The notes under the pieces: generated by a model
Told to the model about the DNA's origin: nothing
Seen by the model: the letters and a program-made list of their open reading frames with translations, nothing else
Database searches by the model: none
Part shown: in pieces, positions 38,588 to 52,974 of the stretch
Layout: each line of letters opens with the position of its first letter
Numbering within the stretch: position 1 is the first letter of the stretch
Translations under genes and position numbers: made by a program
Origin: Octopus vulgaris
Taxonomy: Eukaryota
Length of the DNA stretch: 64,000 nt
Direction: 5' to 3'
Assembly: GCA_951406725.2 (NCBI GenBank)
Contig: OX597820.1
Span: 4,650,001 to 4,714,000 of the forward strand

Positions 38588-38697
38588 TTGAAGTAGATAA
38601 ATGAATTATCTTATTACGGATAATTCAAATGATAACCGATACCTGGGTAGCAAAAATCACAACAGAAAAAGCACGGTTAAGGTTACGACCATACTTA

Positions 38698-38736
<39 letters not shown>

Positions 38737-38832
38737 AATGTAAGTATATAAGTATATATATGCATATATATATATATATATATATATGATATAGATATAT
38801 GTGTGTGTGTGTGTGTGAATGTAAGTATATAA

Positions 38833-38896
<64 letters not shown>

Positions 38897-38914
38897 ATAT
38901 ATATATATATGTAT

Positions 38915-39070
38915 ATATACGACGGGCTTCTTTCGGTTTCCCCCTACCAAATCCACTCACAAGGCTTTGGTCGGCCCAAGGGCTATAGTAGAAGACACTT
39001 GCCCAAGTTGCCACGCAGTGGGACTGAACCCGGAACCATGTGGTTGGTAAGCAAGCTACTTACCACTCCT
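38915..39070 (-). mobile_element. SINE-A 5' half
   Basis: acgacgggcttctttcggtttcc...gtgggactgaacccggaaccatgtggttggtaagcaagctac. Confidence 0.85.
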
Positions 39071-39206
39071 GCACCTTCTTGGTAGACAGATTGACAGATT
39101 TGGTAGAACCAGGAACAACAGAACTAAGACATTTTACTCTCAGCAAAATTTAAAAGTTTTGTAACTCTCTACCAATTAAAGCACACACCCTCACACATGC
39201 CCCCCT

Positions 39207-39237
<31 letters not shown>

Positions 39238-39283
39238 AACACGAACACACACACACACGGAGAAAGAAAAAATATATGCACGT

Positions 39284-39329
<46 letters not shown>

Positions 39330-40399
39330 AACGTGTGCATGTAGACGGTGCGTACGTTAGTTGTTAAATGTAGTTTTATTACGGACAAAGTCTGCTGGCA
39401 GGATTCGAACTCGGGAACGGGAAATGTAAATGGAACCCTCGACTCTAATTGGTACCGACTGTACAAGCATGCTTCTGTGTGTACCTATGCACACACACAC
39501 ACACACACACACATTTCTATTCAGTGGCAAACTTCTTTATCTAATCTTACTGTTTGTGTCTCTACGCATAAACACACACATACACACATACACACACACA
39601 CACGTGTGTGTGTTTGTATGTTTATAGACATTCGCCAGAATGCGTGTGTTCCCCCCCCCTCCTCCCGTCTTCCACTCAACTGCTGCTGGGAGGTAAAGGT
39701 GGAGGAGGAGGAAAAGAGATAGTGAGGGTAGGAGGCAATACGGAAGAGAAAGAAAGAACGTTGATATCCTACACCGCCTTCTCTTCCCGCCACCTCCACA
39801 ACTCCCCCCCCCATCTCACATTTCTGGCTTCGTACTTCCCCGTCTTACGACCTCCTCTTCCTACTCTCACCACCGCCGCCACCACAGTTTTACATAACAT
39901 TGCTATGGAGGGGGAGGAGGCGGTGAGGGCGGTGCGGTGTTGGCTGGATTGCTTTGTTCAACCCTTCTGATCCCCCCCTCTTCTCTTTCTACTACTACTA
40001 CTACTACCACCACTACTACTACTGCTCTTGGTGGTGGTGGTGGTGGTGGTGGTAGTAGCGGTGGCGGCGTGTTTGGTAAGGGAAATCCACTTCTGTTACC
40101 CCCAGCGTGATTCGAAACGACGACCGCATCTCTCCATCAAGCGCTGCTACTGTTACCGCCGCGCTTTTTTTTGTTTAGCCCTAGGTCTGTCGCAATCCAC
40201 TTTACCTTCCATCCGATCGGTGCCGATCAGATACAGAAGTACCAGCCCATAGCCGTAGATCGGTGGGCAAAATACCTCGTGGTATTTCGGCCTTCTTTTG
40301 CTCTGAAATGCCCAGGTCCCTCGACCCCTTGGCCCCTTGGTTACTGGGTCTACTACATGAGTATACCTCTCTCTCCTCCCCACCAGAGTGACCCCTGAA

Positions 40400-40655
40400 A
40401 ATATAAAGGGATCATTGGGGACGGTGATGTTTTGATAGAACAAACAACAGGCCTGTTTGGAGTCGTACAACCTGCTAGACATAGCAGCGATTGTTCCCCC
40501 TGAATCACACCTAGAAGGTACACGGCGATATGCACGAGTCTCGTGGATCTAGATAAAATGTGGGGGGTGGACACGGTTGGGACGCGTCTAACTAAAAAGA
40601 ACAGGTCTGCTCAGTCGGAGCTGGCCTCGGGCTAAACAACAACAACAACAACAAT
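40400..40655 (+). mobile_element. Interspersed family D ending in (CAA)n
   Basis: acaacctgctagacatagcagc...aatcacacc...cgggctaaacaacaac; related pieces at about 53480-53730 (minus) and 55635-55790 (plus). Confidence 0.55.
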
Positions 40656-41187
40656 ATACCTTCCTACTACTACTACTACTACAGAACACTTGTTTACTAC
40701 ACAGTCTCTCAATGTCTGCAGCTTCCCAACGTGCGTGATGGCGGGGTATGGGGCGTGGGGGTGGGGCGAGAACTATAATACATTTATCTACATTACAAAA
40801 GAAATCACCACCGCCATCATCATCATCATCATCATCGTTTAACTTATTAATTATTCATTAATTTTGTTTGTTTGTTTTGCTTTGCTTTGCTTTCAATTTC
40901 GTTTCGCTTTCTTTTCTGTTCTCAGGTGTATAAAGATGGGGTGAGGAGGAGGAGGCGGGTGGGAAGATGGAGCAGTTTTTTTTTTTTTTTTTTTTTAATA
41001 ATATTTATTCCTAATGGTGCAATTAACGACACACCTTAATTGTAGCACTGCCAGTCAATTAAATCACACACACACACACACACACACACAACGTTAGATG
41101 GTACTTTTCTTCCGTGCAAGACACTTTTCACACAAATAAATCGATGACGAACGGGGACTTAAAAAACAAGTGGACGCACACTCATTA

Positions 41188-41250
<63 letters not shown>

Positions 41251-41762
41251 TACATAGAGAGATGCAGAGAATGGAGAATGTAATATGTGTGCGTGTGTGC
41301 AAGCGGTGTTCTTGTGTGTCTCCTTTACTTTGATAAATTGAAAGAAAAGGCCAGACACGTATTTAATGTTACAGAAACTGCCTTCATCAAAATCATCTTC
41401 TTTTAATCGGTGAATAAATTTTGTTGTTGTTGTTGCTCTTGTTATCCGGTGAATATCGATATTAAAATCAGAAGCGCCAGTCGCAGAATAAAGTTGACCG
41501 ATGTCTTTGAGGTATAAAAATAAAAGGAGAAAGACAGCAGAAGACCGGACATACTCGCAAGGAAGATTATTGTTTTTGATGGTCAGAGAAACGCGTATGT
41601 GTGGTGGGGTGGAATGAAGTGTTAGACGTTTCGGACATATTTTCTTCTTCGTATTAAAGTGAAGCGGAAAAGGGAAATAAAACCGATAAAGGGGGAACAA
41701 TGCAAGTGGAAATAGCCTCGTAAAGTTGATGTACATATATGCTGTTGACTCGTTTTGCATGC

Positions 41763-41802
<40 letters not shown>

Positions 41803-41986
41803 ATATTCATCCATGTATAAACACGCGTATGTGCATTCAAATATATGCATGTGTCCGTCTGTATGTCTGTCTCTCCATCACTCTATATATATATATATGC
41901 ACGTGTATATAAATATATATGCATATATATATATGTGTATGTGTGTGTGTGTACATGTATATATATATATAGTTGGGTACACCGGT

Positions 41987-42040
41987 AATAAAGGCCAGAA
42001 ACATATGTACCGCTAAATCCTTTGCATCCTGTTTTTCTTT

Positions 42041-42045
<5 letters not shown>
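41987..42045 (+). repeat. Near-identical 3' half of the 6364 hammerhead element
   Basis: aataaaggccagaaacatatgtaccgctaaatcctttgcatcctgtttttcttttgata versus 6425-6482; two differences. Confidence 0.85.
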
Positions 42046-42096
<51 letters not shown>

Positions 42097-42213
42097 ATAC
42101 ATACATACATACATGAACACACACACACATATTAATGTAAGTTTTGTAAAGTATATTAAAAAATATTTTGAATAATGGAAATATTGACAGACTTGCGTAC
42201 GTTTGATACAGTG

Positions 42214-42247
<34 letters not shown>

Positions 42248-42265
42248 CACATATGTTGACAGTAA

Positions 42266-42369
<104 letters not shown>

Positions 42370-42621
42370 AACAGATATTCACAGATGCATGCGCACACGC
42401 CGACATAACTGTATAAACCTATATACAGGTGTATATATATATTTGCTTATATACGCATGTATGTCTGTGTGTGCATGTGTATATGTGTGCGTTTGTGCAT
42501 ACACACAACCCCGCCAACGTTCAACGCATCCTCTGAACTGTGTTGTCCACCTTCCTAAAGCCATTAGCGGTTGAGGGCCATATTTACGCACACACATACA
42601 TACATACATATATACATTCAT

Positions 42622-42652
<31 letters not shown>

Positions 42653-42910
42653 CGTACGTACACACAGATGCATAAATATGTATGTCTGTATGTGCATATC
42701 AACACTCACACACACACACATCACACACACACCTAAGTATTACATGCATATATTAAGATTGCTGTTAAGTTTTTTGTCCTCGCAACCCTGTCCAAGAAGG
42801 AAAGATTGATAATATCGGTGGCACCCGGCATAAAGATATGTGGTACCCGACAAAAAGACACTGGTCGGCGAAACCCTTCAAGCCGGGTGCCCAGTGTGGC
42901 ACTCCATTCC

Positions 42911-42959
<49 letters not shown>

Positions 42960-43140
42960 AACATACGCACACACACACACACACACACACCACCCGTTCG
43001 CTGTGTAAAAATAGCTGTAACGCTACCAAATTCTGCCACCCAGGAACCAAAAATGAACTATTGTCACCCGGAATCCACCCGAAGTTCCGTGTTAAGTGAT
43101 TTCATTGCCTGACAAACGACATATAGCAACATTGTTATAA

Positions 43141-43171
<31 letters not shown>

Positions 43172-43307
43172 GCGACGCTCGCACTCGCACACACACATTT
43201 ACACAGCGACGCACACACATTTTCTTTCCTTAAATGACATACTCATACGCACTCATACATCTATATATATATATATATATACATATATATGTGCGTGTGT
43301 GCGTGTG

Positions 43308-43348
<41 letters not shown>

Positions 43349-44386
43349 ATATATACATACATTCCTGAGGTGACACACACACACATACACACACTTTAGT
43401 TTCAAAGTGACACCTCTACATAAGCACACGCACGGCTATCACATATACATGTTCTTCCTGAAGCGACACACACACACACACATATACACATTCACGCACG
43501 CGCACACACGCACACGCACACAGTCACGCACGCGCACTCAGAGGCGATTACATAGCTATAGTTTTTGTCGTCTGCTAGGTGAATGGGAAGAGAGGGAGGG
43601 AGGGAGAGAGTGAAAGGAGGGAAGTCGACCAATGAGAAAGGAGGAGGCGGAGGAGGAAGAGGAAGAGTTGTGTGGTGTGCCGGAGGAGAGTGGTGGGAGG
43701 GGGACGCGGAGGTAGTAACGCGTGTGAATGAGTGAGAACGGTGAGTGAGAGACGGAGTAAAGTGAGAGGGTGTCTTGAGTGAGAGTGAGAGTCAGAGAGA
43801 GTCAGAGAGAGCGAGAGAACCCCCAGTGGAATTAGATAAAAGATTATGGTTGTATAACACCGGCAGCCCTTCTTTCCTGCTCTTCTCTCTCCGCTTACTG
43901 TTTTTTTCTCTGTACCACCACCACCACCACCACCACCATCGCCATTTCTCGTTATTTTCGGCGCTATGTTACGCTCCGCTACAGTTGCAGAATATCTTCA
44001 AATCCCACAGAATCCCTGGTAGTGTGTGTGGTTTTTTTATTTCCCCTCTTTTGTTGCACAGGAACCAGTTTGTCAATATGCGCAAACCTTCGTTATTCCT
44101 TACTCGGACTACTTCCATAGATTTCCTGCTTTTATAACTACCCCCCAACTCCCCTTCCCCTGCCGTTACCCACGACTTTTTATATATATATATATTTATA
44201 TATATATATATATATTTCCTTCTGTCTTTCTTTCGTTGTTTGTTATTGTTGTTGTTGTTCTTCTTCTTCCGTCCTATTGTAAACGTACCCTGGTTTTGAA
44301 CCTGTCTACATTTAATTGGAATTTCTCTCTTCCTCTCTCTCTGTCACACCGTGCCATTACCACCACCACCACCACTACCGCTGCTG

Positions 44387-44418
<32 letters not shown>

Positions 44419-44630
44419 GTTTCGAATACATTCTCATTGGATTACATTTACACAGCCGCACATAGTAATACTTGTTATTAGTGCGAAGTCACCACGGACA
44501 ACTTGTTTAATATTATTGCCTCTACTTCAACCACACACACACCTGAAATAGCCTGTGCATTTGTACACAAGCACACATACATACTAACACACACGCACAC
44601 ACACACACGACACACACATACACACACATC

Positions 44631-44638
44631 TATTTAAG
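44631..44638 (+). promoter_or_regulatory. Candidate TATA-like box upstream of the coding exon
   Basis: TATTTAAG about 260-320 bp upstream of the candidate ATGs, with a CACCTG E-box at about 44660. An alternative is the CCAAT at 43629-43633 with a long 5' UTR. Confidence 0.25.
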
Positions 44639-44954
44639 GTAGAGCAGCACCGCTCCGAGCACCTGTCCTGCTTACCTGGTTGTTACTTTTTGTTTGTTTT
44701 TTTTTTTCTCCTTTTCCCCCTTTTTCTTTCACCCACCCCCCCTAAACATTTAAGCTTCCCTGTAAACGAGAAGGACGGCGACCCAAACACTACAGAACGA
44801 GGGGCTGGGGGTAGCGGCGCCAAATTTACTCGGTTCCTTCTGCCACCCTTCGTCGCCACTTGTGTTTGGGAGCTGGGCGCAGCCTCGTTGGATGTACCAT
44901 TGTTCGGAGAGAGTCTCCATGCGTGAACAGGACTGTGGACGAAAGTTCCCAACT

Positions 44955-45084
44955 ATGGAACCCGTGTTGGATTTGTCTGTGAAGAAAGTGCGTTCGCCGA
45001 GTGTCTCAGATGACAGCAGCGACGACTCTTTACCAAGGACCACACTTAAGACCACTTACAAGAAGAACTTGTTAAAACGATATT
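44955..45084 (+). CDS. Probable first coding exon of a transcriptional regulator (PxDLS-type CtBP motif); gene identity unresolved
   Basis: ATG in ACTATGG context; MEPVLDLSVKKVRSPSVSDDSSDDSLPRTTLKTTYKKNLLKRY plus 1 nt, then a consensus GTAAGT donor at 45085 (phase 1). In-frame upstream ATGs at 44892 and 44919. Non-repetitive sequence in a TE-poor island. Confidence 0.7.
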
Positions 45085-45163
45085 GTAAGTAAACATGTCT
45101 TTGCATTATTTTCACGTTGCGGTGGGGAGCAGGGTGGCGTTTGGTTGAAAAACAAAACTCTCC

Positions 45164-45214
<51 letters not shown>

Positions 45215-46288
45215 TTCCTCTCTATCATTTGTTCTTTCTCTCTTCCTTGTTATTGATTTTGCAACATGTGACCACATGTGACCACCACAACATGAGGAAG
45301 GAAGGAAGGTTGTAATGTTCCTCTTGTCTTCCTGACCTCATGTCGGCGCAGCAAGCTGTTGTTTACACACACACACACACACACACAACTCTTTCTTTTT
45401 CTTTCTTTTTTTCTTTCTTTTCCAAGTGAAATTCCTGCAGACATTTCTTCGTTTGTTATGATGTTGTTGACGACAGTGCTGCCAATGGTGGTGGCGGTGC
45501 GTGTTTCTGCAGACATGCTGCTGAAGTTCTAAGAAAATAGCATCGCAACACTTTCAACGTGCACTTGGCCCCTCTGTTCCTTGAAAAGAAAAGAAAAGAG
45601 AAACAGCCCTTAATTCTATGACATAACAAAACTCTGTTCTCAGAAATCATTATTGTTTTACTTCAACCGTTTTTTTTTGTTTTTTATTCCATGGAAATAC
45701 ACCCCGCCCTACCCTCGCCCTCAACCAATATCCTGGACCGGCCCTTGTCACCAATAATTTTTACAATTATGATCATCATTGTTTTTGTTGTTGGGCTCGA
45801 TATGGAATCGTTTAACCTCTCTAACTTCTACTCACGGCCTTCCAAAAAAAAAAAAAAAAGAAAAAAAAAATTCTGGCTTCGTGCCTCGGTTCTTTACGTT
45901 GTAAGTTCAAATCGCACTGAGGTCGGCCTTTTACTTTTCCTCCTTCCGGGGTTGATAGAACGAAGAAAAAACATTCAAACACTGTTGACTGAAGCCTCTC
46001 TCTCTTTCTTTCTTTCTTTTTCTCTCTGCCTCTTTACCTCCTCTCCCTCCCCCCTCTCACCTCTGCAGGGCTTACCCCATTACTGTCATCGACACCACAA
46101 TCATCACCGCCGCAGTCGCCACCACCACCGCCATCATCATCATCATCAGCGACTTTCCTGCATAACTTCTGAAGATATTTTTGTGGTAAAAATAAAACTT
46201 TTTAAGAGGCTTGTTGTTGTAAGTGGTGGTGGTGGTAGTGGCGGTGGTGGTTATAGTAAAAGTAGTAGTAGCAACAACAGTAGTACTG

Positions 46289-46333
<45 letters not shown>

Positions 46334-46479
46334 TTTCGGATTTTGTAACCTATTTCTTATAATAGGTAACTTCTCTATAATTGTTATTATTATTATTATT
46401 ATTATTTATCATTATAATCCCTTACACTTTAAGTTTGTCTTTGGTGGGTCCCCCCCCCTCATCCTTCCTCCTAGTGGCC

Positions 46480-46525
<46 letters not shown>

Positions 46526-46989
46526 GTTGTTGTTGTTGGCAGAATCGTTAAAGCATCGGAGAAAATGCCATTCGGTCTCTCAGATCAAATCCATCCGAGG
46601 TCATCATTGTCTTTTACCCTTCCGGGGTCGATGCTATCAATAATCTCCGCGCCCCCCCTCCCTCCCTCCCCTCGAAACTACTGGTCTGCTCGAACTCTTA
46701 ATTAGAAGAAGCTATGATTATTAAAGGATTGATTAATTAATTAATTGCTACTTAGCAATTAATTTCGTTGTGTCTCTTTGGATTCCCAGTTCCAAATGTC
46801 ATCGGTGACTTCCTTTTACCCTTCAGGCGCTAAATAAGTACCAGTTATATGCAGAGGTCGACATAATTGACTGCCGTGTGTGTGTGTGTGTGTGCAGTTT
46901 GATTTATATACGCAACTTATATATACTTTCACGGTTTTATAGAGAATGTGTGTGTGTATGTGTGTACACACACGCACAGTTAGTCGCCT

Positions 46990-47170
46990 ATATTCTTTTA
47001 CTTTGACTGCGACCGTGCATCGCCTTTAGTCGAACAAATCGAATCTTTTGTAAGCCTAGCACTTATTCTATCGGTCTCTTTTGTTTAGCCGCTAAGTAAC
47101 GGGGGGCGTAAACACACCAACATCGGTTGTCAAGCAATGGTTGGGGGACAAACACTGACATACAAATATA

Positions 47171-47215
<45 letters not shown>

Positions 47216-47375
47216 ATACGGTGGGCTTCTTTCAGTTTCTATCTACCAATTCCACTTACAAGTCTTTGGTCGGCCCGAGGCTATAGTAGAAGACACTTAG
47301 CCAAGGTGCCACGCAGTGGGACTGAACCCGAAACCATATGGTTTGGAAGCAAGCTTCTTACCACACAACCACTGC
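46990..47375 (-). mobile_element. SINE-A
   Basis: cgcctttagtcgaacaaatc...ccaaggtgccacgcagtgggactgaacccg. Confidence 0.85.
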
Positions 47376-47380
47376 TTCGC

Positions 47381-47434
<54 letters not shown>

Positions 47435-47531
47435 ATATATATATATATATGCGAATATAAACAAGAAGGGTAGTAATATTATTTACTACCAGGTGCCCAG
47501 CACAAAAGTATGCGAATATAAACAAGAAGGG

Positions 47532-47586
<55 letters not shown>

Positions 47587-47838
47587 GCATTCGCAAGTAC
47601 ACACGGGTGTGTATATATTAGTATCTTAGTTTTGTATATAAATTATTTAATCTTTACACACATAATACTGAACAAGTTTATAGTAGTGTGTGTATGTCTG
47701 TATGTACCCGTGCCTGTGCGTGTGTGTTTGTCTGCATGTACCCGTGTCCATGTGTGTGTGTGTATAAGTGTATGTTCTGTTGGTTGTGTGTGTGTATATG
47801 TATATTTACATATGTAACATGGATGCACAAATGTATTT

Positions 47839-47870
<32 letters not shown>

Positions 47871-48088
47871 TATGCATATGTATTTACACGTGTGTATGTG
47901 CATGCATGCGTGTGTATACGTGTGCACATGTATTTGCACGTCTGTGTGTATGTGTACAAGCGTGCGTGTATAGATGTGTGTGTGTGTGTGTGTGAACAAG
48001 TATGTGTGTACATGTTTGTGTGTATTCCTGCGTGTGTGCAACAGTAGCAAAAGTATTCGTCTCCAGAGATTACAAAACTCGCTATCAG

Positions 48089-48123
<35 letters not shown>

Positions 48124-48215
48124 GTGTGTGTGTGTGTATGTATGTGTGTGTGTGTGTGTGTGTGCGTTTACAATACTGTGTAAGTTGTGGTAGATATAAA
48201 GTAACTGTTCTGCAG

Positions 48216-48254
<39 letters not shown>

Positions 48255-48298
48255 TGTGTGTGTGTGTATGTGTGTGTTTGCACATATAAATATCTATC

Positions 48299-48362
<64 letters not shown>

Positions 48363-48459
48363 TGTGTGCGTGTACAGTGGAATTCGTCTGTGTCTGTAAA
48401 GCAATGTTTGGGATATCCCATACTAATGCTGACGATTCTATTTCTTCTAATGTTCGTGA

Positions 48460-48491
<32 letters not shown>

Positions 48492-48571
48492 AGGGTAGGG
48501 GGTGATGGTGGTAAGATGTGGGGGAGGAGGGGGGGGAATTGTGGTATTTTCTCGAAGTGTCGTTGCTTGTC

Positions 48572-48604
<33 letters not shown>

Positions 48605-48864
48605 GTTGGTGGCCAGCGGCAGGTGCTCGCTTAGATTTAGGGGTCACTTGGTGACAGCTGACTGGGGTTTGGGCGAGGGATGGGGGGCGCTGGGTTTCAC
48701 TTAATTCCCCCACTCTCGCCCGCCTCCATCTCCGCCCCCCCCCCCCCGCTTTTATATGTTCGCTTCTGGCATTTTGTCAGACATACGTGCTTTGTCTGTC
48801 CTCTCTTCAAATTGACGAAACAACGTGTTTGACGGCGACGATGACGATGATGATGATGACGATA

Positions 48865-48911
<47 letters not shown>

Positions 48912-49164
48912 GGTGGTAGTAATTGTTCTGGTCGTGTTGATGGTCTTGGTGGGTTTAGAGGACAGCAATAATCTGGCGAATGTGTGAGTTTGACAAAACT
49001 GCAGGAGTTACGCTAATGCGATCCGTATTAGCCTCGTCCCTACCAGACCCCACTCCGCTATTCTGTGTGTGTGTGTGTGTGTGTGCGTGCGACGTAGAGA
49101 AGGGATTTCGGCTTTTCAAAGTGTAAAGCCCTGAAGTTCGTGATAATATGTGAAGTAGCAAAAA

Positions 49165-49200
<36 letters not shown>

Positions 49201-49252
49201 TAAGCTGGGAGTTGGAAGAGCTTTTGTACAAAAACACAGCTTTAAGCCGAAT

Positions 49253-49294
<42 letters not shown>

Positions 49295-49426
49295 TCTCGC
49301 ACGCATTTTTATATACAGGTATGTATGTTTGTATATGTATATATAAATACTTAAAGGTATATTACAATATACATATGTACATATATGCGTTTGAGTGTGC
49401 GTGCGATATATATATACATGTATGTG

Positions 49427-49462
<36 letters not shown>

Positions 49463-50916
49463 TTTATATGTGTGTGTATGTATCTATGCGTGTGTTTATG
49501 TATACAAATATACTATGCGCATAAATATTTGTGTGTGTATACATATGTATATATATATTGTATATATATACACACACACACGCGCGTGCACTGTACATAG
49601 TTATACGGATTTTTAATTGACTAATTACTATCCTTTAAAGAACAATCATTTTGTATTTTACATCCCATTTTGCTTGTCTCTCTCTCTCTCTCCACACCCC
49701 ACCCTGCTCCACCCGTATTACGTCCGAACTGACGATCTCCCCCACCCCGCCGACCGCCCAACAACCTGTCTTTCCAGCCAGCCAGACCACCACCACCACC
49801 ACCGCCACCCTTGTTCTTCCAGAGATAAGGACACGGTGCCAGTGTTGGCAAAAAAGTTGCTGACGTTGGTATTGTTGAAGGAAGTCGAAGTTCTCCTAAG
49901 GCTATTGATCCGAAGTGATTGATTATCGATTAATTATCTATAGAGGAGCGGCGTAGAGCATCGGTGTGGCACAGCTAACACCTGTACATTCACATTTATA
50001 CACACACACACACACACACACATTCCGTGTGTGTGTGTGTGTACGTATATTTGTAAACACATGGCTATGCAAATGTGTAGAGAGTTTAATGGTTTTTTTT
50101 TTTAAAACCTGAACTTTTGGACAAATGTATAAAATCGCCCGTTGCTGCAGTCGGTTCCTTGGCCACAGAAACGAGGATTTATCTGAGCTGGTTTCTATAC
50201 TTGTTGGGTCTTCTTTCTAAGATATTTGTTACTATTTGTCCCCAAACCTCAGAACAACGCCTAGAAATACATCGCTTTCAGTAACGGCAATGCAATAGCA
50301 AAACAAACACACACACACACACGTTCGTTTTCATGTCGAGTTTCAATACAAACAATATTTTTTGTAGTGTACATATCATACTTTTACAAGAGGGTGGCTT
50401 CGAAGTTCCAGCATGCCAGCCTCGAAACTCTACGGATACTCTGGGATTCCTGATGTATATTTATTAGCAGGGATATTTCCGCTGTATGATGACATTAGGT
50501 TGCCAATAACGGCGGACGAGCTTTGCATAGCATTTATAAGGTTTATACTCGAATCTTATTTAACTACACACACACACACACACACACATATATGTATTTC
50601 ATGTCTGAATAAGTTGTGGGTGTACATCATTCATTGTGTGTATGTGTATTACAGAACAGGTGTGTATGGGAACATATCTATGTGTGACTGCACGTGTTTA
50701 AACGTTGAGCTCAAACGTCGATGTCTACCACCCTTCCAATCGTGACCATTCCAACTAAAATGATAATAGTACCATTTATTTGCCACAGGGGCACCAGTTA
50801 AGGGAACATTATTATAACCGCTAAGCATAATAATAATGATGATGATGACGATAATAAATTTGCCCTAGTTGTCGGGAAGACACTCGGTAAGAAATAGAAA
50901 CAAAATTAAAGAAAAC

Positions 50917-50952
<36 letters not shown>

Positions 50953-51624
50953 GGGTTTCTCATTTAGGCTCAGTGCTGGCAAATATGAGGGATGGGGGGT
51001 TTATCGATACCAACTACCTCGGTATTTGACGGGTGTTCAATTTTGTTGGCGCTGGAGGAGGGGGGGAAACGTAAAGTTGAATAACCAGTTTCGTAAGTGA
51101 ACCGAGGAAAATGCCGCCACAATGAATTACAACTCTGATGTGTGTCTGTGTGTCCTACGTCTCACACACACACAGTGTTCTGTGTCAGGTCAACCGTAAC
51201 GACAAGTCACGGCTCAGCAATGCTATTCTCTCTCTCTCCTTCCTCACCGTTCCTTCTGTGTCTGTGTGTTCGCCCTGTGCCAAGCCTCTTGGCTTACATA
51301 TCAGCCTGTTGTTATTGTTGTACTTCCTGGCTTCTCATATAGGTTTCCTCGTGACTAACACCGCCACACCTTCTTGTCTGTGTGTTTGTATATATATGTA
51401 TATATAACAACACAGTTATAAATACATGTGTGTGTGTGTGTGTGTGTAAACTATGCCAACTCATGCACACATGGTTTCGTAATAAAAAAGGTTTGCTTCG
51501 GATCAACATGGTCCCTGGTTCAGTTCTACAGTGTGGCGTGTCAGGGACAATGGTTGACGGTAACTGTACGAATATATATATATATATATATATACACAAG
51601 CACATGTCTACATGTGTGTGTGTG

Positions 51625-51810
51625 TAGATAAACTGGAAGAAAAACGCAATAGAGCACAATAAAACCATGGGACACATAGACGATACAAAGGTAGACAGGA
51701 AAAGCGATAACTAAGGGGTCAGCAAAAAAAAAAATAAAAGTTGTGTCTTTCGTGGCCTTCTTTCGTCAGTCAAGTTACCAGATGTCCTTACAGTTTCGGG
51801 CAGTTACGCC
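51625..51810 (-). mobile_element. Penelope-like relic with hammerhead-like boxes (family shared with 63010-63130)
   Basis: Minus: ccGAAACTGTAaggacatctggtaacttgaCTGACGAaagaaggccacGAAAgac...ttgtatcgtct; compare ccgaaattgctacgatgatccggttcttgaCTGAAGAttgaaggcttcgaatg...ttgtatcgtct at 63012. Confidence 0.45.
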
Positions 51811-51859
51811 ATATAGATAAAATGTCGCTTAAATATAGTAACCTCCGTATATGTAAGCA

Positions 51860-51953
51860 GATATATACTTTATATACGTGTTTATATTTACGCCTATATT
51901 TTACATACGTATATGCATACGTGTGTGTATACATACACGTATATATCTATATA

Positions 51954-51992
<39 letters not shown>

Positions 51993-52138
51993 TTATATAC
52001 ATGTATATTTTTAGATATATGCATACGTATATTAACAGACACACACATATATACATATGTATATTTGCATGTATATATTTACATATGTTTATTTACACAT
52101 ACATACATATATATATATATATACATGTATATACGTAT

Positions 52139-52182
<44 letters not shown>

Positions 52183-52883
52183 ATATATACATACATGTAT
52201 ATATATATATATGCATACATGTATATATATATACATATGTATATATATATATACTTATGTGTATATATATGCATATATATACATATGTGTATATATATAT
52301 GTGTGTGTATATATATGCATATATGTATATATATATATATACATATGTATATTTATATATGTATATATGTGCATTTATATATATATGTTCATATGTTTAT
52401 ATATGTATATATATACATGTGTATGTATATATATACATATATATATACATATATATATACATATACATATATATATATATATATATATACATATATATAT
52501 ACACATATATACACATATACACACACATAATATATATATATGCATACACACACACACAATATATATATACATATATATATACATACATACATATATATAT
52601 ACATAATATATATATATGCATACATACACACACACACACAAAAAAAAAAAAAAAATAATATATATATACATAATATATATATATATATTATATATATGCA
52701 TACATACACACACACACACACACATGTGTATATATATATATATACATATATATATACATACATATATATATATATATGCATACATACACACACACACACA
52801 CATGTGTATATATATATATACATATATATATACATACATATATATATATATATATATGCATACATACACACACACACACACAC

Positions 52884-52974
<91 letters not shown>

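Noticed and set aside
40880-40930. Strong polypyrimidine tract plus CAG as a splice acceptor
   Set aside because: No convincing exon or donor follows; it cannot be supported without transcript data.
50375-50440. Stem GAGGGTGGC/GCCAGCCTC followed by GAAAC
   Set aside because: The upstream box reads ACAAGA and there is no valid stem III or NUH; too decayed to call.
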